64,000 bases of DNA. Origin: a virus. Taxonomy: Duplodnaviria; Caudoviricetes. Location of the stretch: positions 32,744-96,743 of the IMG/VR virus record IMGVR_UViG_3300043372_000294; one strand, given 5' to 3'. The position numbers were made by a program, and so were the translations under genes. Of this stretch, positions 57,367 through 64,000 are shown one piece after another (position 1 is the first letter of the stretch; the number at the start of each line of letters is the position of its first letter). The notes beneath the pieces were generated by a model. That model had not been told where the DNA came from. It searched no databases and saw only the letters and a list, made by a program, of their open reading frames with translations.

Positions 57367-57950
57367 CTCCTCTCAGAATCTCAGTGTGTCGGTGAGCCGT
57401 TCCCACCAACAACTAAAACTTACTCGCTAACCCCTACATAAACACAATCGTAGCGTGTGACATCCGTCACACCCTCTAACATTCCTACAACGCCGCCACC
57501 GCATACTCAGCCACATAAACAGCCGCATACACAGCAACATAAACAACAGCATACATACAAACATAAACAGCAAACTAAATAGAAACATAAATAGCGGCAT
57601 ACTTATGTACATAATTAGGCACGGGCGTTCCCATCGCCTTTTATGGGAACTTGACGCCCGTTATTTATGTAGCTAATTAGCTGCCTAGTTGAGTCTATAA
57701 TTGGAAACCTATTCCCCCGCCTAATTATGTGCCCAGTTATGTAAACTCATTTATGTGCCTAATTAGGTAAAGTGATTTCGGTTTCAGAAGTTTATTCAGA
57801 TCTAAAGATAGAGATTTTATATAGCCCTTATAAGGGCCCTTTTTATTTGCCCCGCCAAGGCAGAATCTTATCCATCAATTTGCGCATACCAGTCAACTAG
57901 AGTACGCTACTCCTATCGAAGCAATCATCCCCAACACGAAAGTGCGAATT

Positions 57951-58154
57951 ATGTCAGATACAAAGGTTGTAACAGAAACTGTAAAAGGAATTATCGCACT
58001 TGTTGCGCTACTTCTTATCGCCTTTCTTTACTCAGAGTTTTGCATAAAGTCTGAGAACGATTCCTACAATAGGAATTACGAAAAGATTCAGCGAATCATG
58101 GATCAAAACCGCATGGACAACAACAACTCACTCATCATGGGAGAAATGAAATGA
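57951..58154 (+). CDS. Single-TM small protein
   Basis: GIIALVALLLIAFLY helix. Confidence 0.6.
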   Translation: MSDTKVVTETVKGIIALVALLLIAFLYSEFCIKSENDSYNRNYEKIQRIMDQNRMDNNNSLIMGEMK

Positions 58155-58420
58155 ATAAGGAATACGAAAAGATGTCGGATTCTACACGGGAAAGGTTGGA
58201 GAGTGAGTTTCGTAATCTTCTCATGACTATTCCTTTCTCTAAGCGTTTAGAGTTGGAGCAAGCAGTTCGGGCAGAATGTTACGCTAAACTTCAGGATAAG
58301 ATCCTGCAGTTTGATGAGCATTGGAGTGTCTATGATAGTTCTGTAGATTCTCAGATTTCAGGATGGAAAGATTATGTCGATCCCATCACCGGAAAAATCA
58401 ACGAAAGTGATCTCTTCTAA
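58151..58420 (+). CDS. Hypothetical protein
   Basis: ATGA coupling. Confidence 0.65.
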   Translation: MNKEYEKMSDSTRERLESEFRNLLMTIPFSKRLELEQAVRAECYAKLQDKILQFDEHWSVYDSSVDSQISGWKDYVDPITGKINESDLF

Positions 58421-58758
58421 TGCTTACCCCAGTTATTCCCGAAATGAGTGACGTAAACGATACGCCATTCGATAGGTATGTTGTTGCCACTACTGATGGC
58501 ATCAATCTTACCGGTCTTTCTTCCTATCTTTATTTCATAGAAGATGCTTGTACAGAGTACGAAACTCTTTTGCAAGAGTTTCCGAACGACATCATCATCA
58601 TGATTCTCAATGAAACGGGCAAAATGTTTGTCAATTCTGTTGACAAAGCTCTTTTCGATAGAAAGAACTATGGAGTTATGCCACTTCCTGATGATAGGAA
58701 GTGGGATATCCGTGACGGTTGTTTTCCCGCAGTAATGTTCCCCGAGAAAGGTGCATGA
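58420..58758 (+). CDS. Hypothetical protein
   Basis: TAATG coupling. Confidence 0.65.
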   Translation: MLTPVIPEMSDVNDTPFDRYVVATTDGINLTGLSSYLYFIEDACTEYETLLQEFPNDIIIMILNETGKMFVNSVDKALFDRKNYGVMPLPDDRKWDIRDGCFPAVMFPEKGA

Positions 58759-58760
58759 TA

Positions 58761-58946
58761 ATGAGTAATCATTTCTGTAGTGAGATCTGGTATGGTAGTG
58801 TTCATTCAGATTTGTGTGGTACTGATCTTTCCGATTCAGAATGGCGTAATCTTCTACATAACGCTCTGAATGAATGGTTGGATAACAGTAACGGTGAAGG
58901 TTGTTTCTATGTTGGCCATTTTCCTGAAGAATCGGAGGAGGAATAA
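58761..58946 (+). CDS. Small acidic protein
   Basis: GAAAGG RBS. Confidence 0.55.
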   Translation: MSNHFCSEIWYGSVHSDLCGTDLSDSEWRNLLHNALNEWLDNSNGEGCFYVGHFPEESEEE

Positions 58947-59107
58947 TGGGAAAGATTATTATCCCTACTGATCCCGAGTTTTCTGATGTTGTTTATGAGT
59001 GTGATACTTGCGATAAAGCTTACACTTATGAACCAAAAGATTCTTTTCAGACTTACAATGCACAATGGTTTTGTTCGGAAGAATGCGGAAAGAAAGGTGG
59101 TTGGTAA
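58946..59107 (+). CDS. Zn-finger peptide (CDTC...FCSEEC, 53 aa)
   Basis: Translated by hand; GGAGG RBS; TAATG-coupled on both sides. Confidence 0.6.
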   Translation: MGKIIIPTDPEFSDVVYECDTCDKAYTYEPKDSFQTYNAQWFCSEECGKKGGW

Positions 59108-59268
59108 TGCCTGACTCTATGGATTGGGTAAAAAGTGGCATGAGAAGTTGTGATGAATGTGGCCGTGAAACTGATGCCGGAGAATGGCCGGATTGGGTAA
59201 ACGGTATCTGTGAGGATTGTGATCCCACTATCCTTTTCGATTACAGTGAGGAGAATAGTAATGCCTAA
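59107..59268 (+). CDS. Zn-finger peptide (CDEC...CEDC)
   Basis: Coupled start MPDSMDW. Confidence 0.55.
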   Translation: MPDSMDWVKSGMRSCDECGRETDAGEWPDWVNGICEDCDPTILFDYSEENSNA

Positions 59269-59809
59269 TTGGTGCTACAATCACATCGAAGTATTTGATG
59301 TTGGTGAAGATAAGAAAGAACGTGATCGTTTTTTCTCTGAGGAAGAGTTTGCCATTACAACTCCCCTCCAAAAATATCTCCCAATGTCTGAGTATCATAA
59401 GACAATGGAAGGCTACAATGATGGTGGCTATTCATGGTGCTATGATAATTGGGGAACAAAGTGGCCTGAAAATGATCTTACTCTTATCGATAATGAATAC
59501 TCTCTAGACTTCTCCTTTGATTCTCCGTGGGGTCCACCTATTGAGGGTTATCAAAAGATCTCAGCAATGTTCCCCGAATTGTTCTTCCTGCATTATTATC
59601 AGGAAGATGGTATGTGTTTTTCAGGTTCTATTATTTACCATCAGGGTAGTCAAGTATTCGTCAAAGAATACAATGATAAAGATTGGCCTGAATGGTTGCC
59701 GGAATATGAAGACAATCCAGATCCCTATTATGAGTTGGTAACTGAAAAGAGATACCAAACTCTAGGGGAAGCTCAAAAGGTTTTGGAAAAACTTCTTCAT
59801 ATCGAATAG
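59261..59809 (+). CDS. DUF1281/YubB ferredoxin-like domain protein
   Basis: MPNWC.N, Y.W...NWGTKW, F.SPW.PP, Y.E.G..F.G. Confidence 0.75.
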   Translation: MPNWCYNHIEVFDVGEDKKERDRFFSEEEFAITTPLQKYLPMSEYHKTMEGYNDGGYSWCYDNWGTKWPENDLTLIDNEYSLDFSFDSPWGPPIEGYQKISAMFPELFFLHYYQEDGMCFSGSIIYHQGSQVFVKEYNDKDWPEWLPEYEDNPDPYYELVTEKRYQTLGEAQKVLEKLLHIE

Positions 59810-60437
59810 TCTCATGGGGATGAGAATAAATGGGGGCCTAAATAGGCCCCTATTTATTTCCCCCTTCTATTTATGTACCCAACTATACTTCCGGCTATCC
59901 CCCCAATTATGTTCCCATCTATGTACATAATTAGCAGGGCGTTCCCAACGTCTTTCTGGGAACTGTAACGCCCTCTGTTTATGTACCTAATTAGGTTGCT
60001 AATTGAGTGCATAATCTATTTCCCCATATTTATGTTCCTAATTATGTGCCTAATGTAATTCAAATGTTTATGCCCCTATTTATGTACCTAATTGGGGGGC
60101 GGCGAAAAGGTTTTGATTTACCTCTAGCTAGAGGTTTCAATAAGGCCTTATAAAAGCCTCGTCACTATCCCCGTGACATAGCGTGAGACACCTCTATTTT
60201 CGTTTCTAAGCGCCTTGAAGTATGGAATGGGGTGATTCCTACTATCATTACAAAAAGACGTCAAAGAGGGGCAAATAGATGTCTCGGTTAGATATTCAAA
60301 AAAGAATATGAAAGAAAGATCTAACCCACAAAAATCTGTTCAAAAATCCCTTTAAAAATGCCGGAAAATATAGATATATGTTTTAAAATACCCCTATAAT
60401 AGCATAAATATATGCCCCGTCGGACAAAAAAGGCATG

Positions 60438-60466
60438 AAAAAAGCCCGCATTTCTGCGGGCCTTTT
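60438..60466. terminator. Bidirectional terminator
   Basis: AAAAAA-GCCCGCA-TTTC-TGCGGGC-CTTTT. Confidence 0.8.
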
Positions 60467-60481
60467 CAAATACTATTCAAT

Positions 60482-60497
60482 TGTTTCACGTGAAACA
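60482..60497. promoter_or_regulatory. parS: Perfect parS site TGTTTCACGTGAAACA
   Basis: Exact match to the 16-bp bacterial chromosomal ParB-binding palindrome; intergenic. Confidence 0.85.
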
Positions 60498-60779
60498 CTA
60501 CAACTGGAAAAAACCGGGGGGGAACTTTGAATCAGAACTATATCCCAACCCAAGCTTCCTCCTTATCTGAGAGGGATCAATAACAATGAACCTATCCACC
60601 ATTTTTTCCCAAACCCCATCTTCTTTGCGATACAATAGAATCCAAAGATTAGAAGCAATAGAAGGACCATGAACAGTAACATAAGATTCTGTAGGCTGAA
60701 CAATCACCTCACTACGCTTCTCCTTCTTATATGAAGGTTCCTTATCATAACCCAACTCATAATAGAAATACTGGCTCAT
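60498..60779 (-). CDS. Hypothetical protein
   Basis: ATGA-coupled to the hicA-like gene. Confidence 0.6.
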   Translation of the reverse strand: MSQYFYYELGYDKEPSYKKEKRSEVIVQPTESYVTVHGPSIASNLWILLYRKEDGVWEKMVDRFIVIDPSQIRRKLGLGYSSDSKFPPGFFQL

Positions 60780-60997
60780 ACATCCAAACCTTTCGCTCTA
60801 AGCATCATCAAAACATTCTTAAAATTACGATAAGAACTAGGAGAAGTAGGCATAGTAACAAAACCATCTTCCTTATTCGGGGGATAAAGAAGAACATGAC
60901 CACCATTTGTTTTCTCTATTCTCCATCCAGCCTTTACAGCTAGCCTAACAACATTCTTAACTTCTTTGTTACTAGATACCGATTTAGACATATACAC
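60776..60997 (-). CDS. HicA-like (dsRBD-fold) toxin
   Basis: GW.IE.T.GGH..L.PP.....VT.P..PS..R...N....LR..G. Confidence 0.7.
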   Translation of the reverse strand: MYMSKSVSSNKEVKNVVRLAVKAGWRIEKTNGGHVLLYPPNKEDGFVTMPTSPSSYRNFKNVLMMLRAKGLDV

Positions 60998-61164
60998 ATC
61001 TTTCCAAGTAGAAACTTAAATATATAGCAAAACAACGCAAAGGACGTATCTTCTTTTAGAGGGACGTATCTTGTTTCCTCTGGTTATATTCGCTTATGTC
61101 TTCTTTTGAAGACATGGTATATAACTGAGAGAGATGTTGAACGCCCTTCGCCCCGTTTTTTCAC

Positions 61165-61362
61165 TCAAATACTGTTATCTGCATTGAATGTTTGCACCGG
61201 ATAGTAATCTAAACCATCAATAGGCTCCCAATCAATATCATCCAATGCCCCTTCCATAACCATTTCCTGAGCATTCTCAATAGCGTCAGTCATATTATCA
61301 GCTTTCACATAAAGATAACATTTGTTTTGTTGAACGATCTGAACTAGAAAGTCTTTCATCAT
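61165..61362 (-). CDS. Small acidic protein
   Basis: V.A....DA...A.E motif; GGAGG RBS upstream. Confidence 0.6.
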   Translation of the reverse strand: MMKDFLVQIVQQNKCYLYVKADNMTDAIENAQEMVMEGALDDIDWEPIDGLDYYPVQTFNADNSI

Positions 61363-61742
61363 TCACCCCCCAACATTCCATCAACATAAGTCTCGAAAGC
61401 CGAACCCTTAGCTTCATCCCAAGTTCTCTGCTCACCAGTATCACCATCAACACTATCAGCAGTAACTTGTGCAGCCCAAAGAATCCCAACAGCAAGCTCC
61501 TCAAAATCATCTCTTGAAAGAGTATACTTAGGACTATCAAGCAAAGCGATAATAGAATGCTCATTCAAACGATCATCAATAGATGGAAGACGATAACCTA
61601 ACCTACTGATAACTTCCCCCGCAATACAATGATGATTCTCATCCTCAGGATGAGTATATACACAAGTCGAATACTCCATAGGATTAACTCCATCATCAGG
61701 CAAATCCATCATAATCTCGACTACTTGTTGCGCTGTAATCAT
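61359..61742 (-). CDS. Hypothetical protein (C.Y......CIAG)
   Basis: AAGGAG RBS. Confidence 0.7.
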   Translation of the reverse strand: MITAQQVVEIMMDLPDDGVNPMEYSTCVYTHPEDENHHCIAGEVISRLGYRLPSIDDRLNEHSIIALLDSPKYTLSRDDFEELAVGILWAAQVTADSVDGDTGEQRTWDEAKGSAFETYVDGMLGGE

Positions 61743-61793
61743 ATCAACTCCTTAACGTAGTAACTTGGGATAATTAAACAAAAAGCGTGATAA

Positions 61794-62018
61794 TTAAGCC
61801 GTACCAATCTGGCTCTTATCAACAAGACGGATAACAGTTTCGCTACCATCAGAGTAAGAAAGAGTAATAACTGTTGGAGCACCCGGGTAGATATCATCCT
61901 TAACAGCCTTAGCCAAAGTTTCCTCAATACTCAAATCAAGCTTCTTATTGAGATAATAAGTATTGGCACTATCCAACTTCATGCTGTAAATAACCCAGCA
62001 ACTTTCATTCGTATCCAT
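61794..62018 (-). CDS. Hypothetical protein
   Basis: TGATG coupling. Confidence 0.6.
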   Translation of the reverse strand: MDTNESCWVIYSMKLDSANTYYLNKKLDLSIEETLAKAVKDDIYPGAPTVITLSYSDGSETVIRLVDKSQIGTA

Positions 62019-62458
62019 CAGAACCAGCCTTTCCAGAAAGTCTTCTTAGAAGAAGAACGATTGATTTTCAATTCGGCAACAACACGCTCAGCATTAGCCA
62101 AACGATCAGACAATTCCTTGACCCTATTCATAATAGTCTCATCAAGACGATTCTCAATCACCTCATGCATTGATTCCATGAAAGCAGTATTCTCAATAAG
62201 GCTATTAGTGAAGTCTTCCACCATAGACTCAGCAACTTCATCCATATGGTTAAAACGGATATCTTCAGTCACACCCTCAACAATAGAGGAATAATCCATA
62301 TTCTCAAGAATATCTGAACACAGGACATCACTAGAAGCAATGCACTGAGCAATATCAGCACGAAAAGCATAGTCATAAAGCTTCTCGTTCAGATACTCAC
62401 CCATAGCCTCGGCAATAACAGTATCTGGAAAAATAAGTTCTGCTCGGATCTCAGTCAT
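62018..62458 (-). CDS. Acidic coiled-coil protein
   Basis: 146 aa ORF ending FWKGWF. Confidence 0.65.
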   Translation of the reverse strand: MTEIRAELIFPDTVIAEAMGEYLNEKLYDYAFRADIAQCIASSDVLCSDILENMDYSSIVEGVTEDIRFNHMDEVAESMVEDFTNSLIENTAFMESMHEVIENRLDETIMNRVKELSDRLANAERVVAELKINRSSSKKTFWKGWF

Positions 62459-62491
62459 TTCATTTCTCTTTCTTTTGGTTGATTAATAGAA

Positions 62492-62848
62492 CTACGACGA
62501 TGCCATGCCACAAAAATACCAACGATTGTCACCAAGATAAAAAGCGACAGCCGGACCATACTTATCATTGAAATTAGAAGTTATCTCATCAGCAACAACC
62601 TCACCGAATCTTGCAATAACAATATCTGGAGTATTATTCCAACTCATCTCCAAAGCGACAAAGATATCATCAGCCTCTTCGAAAGTAAGATCAGGAGTAT
62701 TACGATAAGCAACAACATCTTCCTTCTCGCAAATCGTACCAGTATATCCACTATGACCATGCCAATAAAAAGCATCCTCTCTAGCAGTATTAAAAGCCTC
62801 CGCTAAAGTCTCACCCTGCCATTGAGCATAAAAGCTTTCAGCACTCAC
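62492..62848 (-). CDS. Small phage protein (A....A.Y..GH.GYTGTI.EK...KYGP......G.ASS)
   Basis: Recognisable motif pattern; GTG start. Confidence 0.7.
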   Translation of the reverse strand: MSAESFYAQWQGETLAEAFNTAREDAFYWHGHSGYTGTICEKEDVVAYRNTPDLTFEEADDIFVALEMSWNNTPDIVIARFGEVVADEITSNFNDKYGPAVAFYLGDNRWYFCGMASS

Positions 62849-63102
62849 TACACATCTCCCTCACATAGAACACAAGCCTGACCGACATTGATAAGACCAA
62901 CCTGATTCACAACAACTCCGGTGTTCTCACAGCAATAACAATCATGACGCTCATACTCTTTATGAAGTTTGATACAGTCATCACAATAATAAGCATCACA
63001 ACATTCATCGACAGCAACCTGATTGCACTGCCAATACTTATCAATACCATGCTGATCAGTCATATAACTAGCAACACTACAAAGTTTCACATCAGACTTC
63101 AT
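62848..63102 (-). CDS. Cys-rich Zn-finger protein
   Basis: Multiple CxxC, C..C..TG...C..C.G. Confidence 0.6.
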   Translation of the reverse strand: MKSDVKLCSVASYMTDQHGIDKYWQCNQVAVDECCDAYYCDDCIKLHKEYERHDCYCCENTGVVVNQVGLINVGQACVLCEGDV

Positions 63103-63346
63103 GATAACTCGTTCCTATCTGAAAGTAGAACTTCTCGAATACAGTAAAGCAAACAGCACAAATCTTCTCTCCCTCAACTTTGAAAACAGGAGAATCCGAC
63201 TCGCAAGGTAGACAATAACGCCAATCCCAATCCTTATGATGCTCACGAACATAATCGAAAATAGCACCCTGACCACCATCATCATAAAGATTAGTCAAAG
63301 TACGAGCAATCTGATTACTCCAAGCTGGAACAATAACTTCAGTCAT
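63092..63346 (-). CDS. Hypothetical protein with CxxC pairs
   Basis: Likely start MTEVIVP. Confidence 0.6.
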   Translation of the reverse strand: MTEVIVPAWSNQIARTLTNLYDDGGQGAIFDYVREHHKDWDWRYCLPCESDSPVFKVEGEKICAVCFTVFEKFYFQIGTSYHEV

Positions 63347-63347
63347 T

Positions 63348-63545
63348 TTAATTAACTTTCCACTCTTCGTGAGTCTCATTGTTGTAGATATGACAGATAT
63401 AGGGATCTTCAGAGTTAGTCTCATCACCTTCATCAAGAAGATGATAAAGATCAGCAAGATCTAACTTACGAATCTCATCAGCATTCTCTGCATCAACAAC
63501 AGCAGTGTAATAGATTGTATGAGCAACAGTAACAGCAAACTCCAT
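63348..63545 (-). CDS. Small acidic protein
   Basis: GAGG RBS before MEFAVTV. Confidence 0.6.
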   Translation of the reverse strand: MEFAVTVAHTIYYTAVVDAENADEIRKLDLADLYHLLDEGDETNSEDPYICHIYNNETHEEWKVN

Positions 63546-63556
63546 TGTAATTCCTC

Positions 63557-63694
63557 TCACCAAACCCAATCTAACATTGTTTCACAACAAACCCTGCAAT
63601 AATTGATGATCTCATTACCATCGTCATCAGTCGTATAGATACAACTACTACAACCGATAGCGCACTCTTCAATAGAGTCAGGATGCGATTCCAT
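63557..63694 (-). CDS. Cys-rich peptide (45 aa, MESHPDSIEECAIGCSSC...)
   Basis: Translated by hand; GGAG RBS. Confidence 0.5.
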   Translation of the reverse strand: MESHPDSIEECAIGCSSCIYTTDDDGNEIINYCRVCCETMLDWVW

Positions 63695-63696
63695 AA

Positions 63697-64000
63697 TCAA
63701 ACTCCAATCGTATTAACCGGATAAGCAAAACAATCAATAGTTGAATGATCTAACTGAGTATTCGTCCAATCAAAGAAAGCAGTTCCGCCAAAATGAACGC
63801 TACCAAAATACCACTGGTAACTGCGCTGAGAAATACTAGCATCCCAACCAATCCTTCGAAGAAACTCGTTAATCCTTTTCTTAGTCGTCGCACTAAACCA
63901 ACCTCCATTATTGATGAAATAACTTCCATCTTACTTAATACCAGCAATAACAGTACGATGATACTGAATACCGTACACAACATTATCGAAAGCATCAACA
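63697..64000 (-). pseudogene. Phage protein (YH.T.I...GGW.S.TTK.RIN...Q..YQW) interrupted by in-frame TAA at 63933-63931; 5' end outside window
   Basis: Frame reads ...IQYHRTVIAGIK*DGSYFINNGGWFSATTKKRINEFL... Confidence 0.55.

Larger units (their letters stand above)
54709..57471. promoter_or_regulatory. Four identical CRP/GlxR-type boxes TGTGACGGATGTCACA
   Basis: 54709, 55424, 56333 (plus), 57456 (minus); each 33 nt upstream of a TANNNT -10. Confidence 0.8.
56118..60010 (+). repeat. Four bulged hairpins ending C(G/A)CCC, each followed by N29 and TTGAGT/TTTGAT, embedded in 12-bp periodic AT arrays
   Basis: 56118-56157, 56882-56920, 57621-57661, 59936-59974. Confidence 0.85.
54348..60419. 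repeat. Bipartite motif TATAA-N15/16-CCCCG, 8 copies
   Basis: TATAA starts at 54348, 55369, 56230, 56278, 56993, 57829, 60149, 60395. Confidence 0.8.

Noticed and set aside
57427-57612. Met/Phe/Leu-rich 61-aa ORF
   Set aside because: Translation of degenerate CATAAAC-type repeats overlapping a CRP-box promoter
61042-61072. Direct repeat GGACGTATCTT x2
   Set aside because: Only two copies with no other support; may be an operator but not assessable
63750-63998. 82-aa hydrophobic ORF from the track
   Set aside because: The overlapping frame with one stop carries a more protein-like motif pattern and matches local codon style

Overview
This window is a segment of a large tailed dsDNA phage (siphovirus-like). 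The host is probably an actinobacterium, based on a WhiB gene, AGAAAGG-type RBSs, a likely leaderless gene and a short-arm tRNA-Leu(UAA). 1-26.4 kb (minus): virion module with minor tail protein, tape measure, tail chaperones with a -1 frameshift, major tail, head-tail genes, HK97-type capsid, a multi-domain prohead protease/scaffold, about 10 fibre/spike-like genes and the portal. 26.5-41.8 kb (minus): class II RNR, several glycosyltransferases, five tRNAs (all U34), endolysin, ThyX, HNH and peptide deformylase. 42.3-48 kb (plus): DNA-modification cluster with a TGT/DpdA-like gene, a C5-methyltransferase split over two overlapping frames and a second MTase. 48.1-60.5 kb is the most unusual part. 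It is a GC-rich array of about 20 mostly single-gene cassettes, typically promoter, 5' stem-loop, RBS and small ORF. Each is delimited by a repeat with a strict bipartite geometry: hairpin...CGYCC-N29/30-TTGAGTRY. The same geometry recurs in four sequence-divergent hairpins further right (24 elements in total). The region also carries host chromosome-type cis sites (7 perfect DnaA boxes, a perfect parS, four identical CRP-type boxes), a second bipartite motif (TATAA-N15/16-CCCCG, 8 copies), 12-bp-periodic AT arrays, a WhiB and a stand-alone sigma-70 region-4 protein. 60.5-64 kb (minus): small genes including a HicA-like one. No terminase, polymerase or recombinase is visible in this window. 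All calls were made by eye, without database searches.
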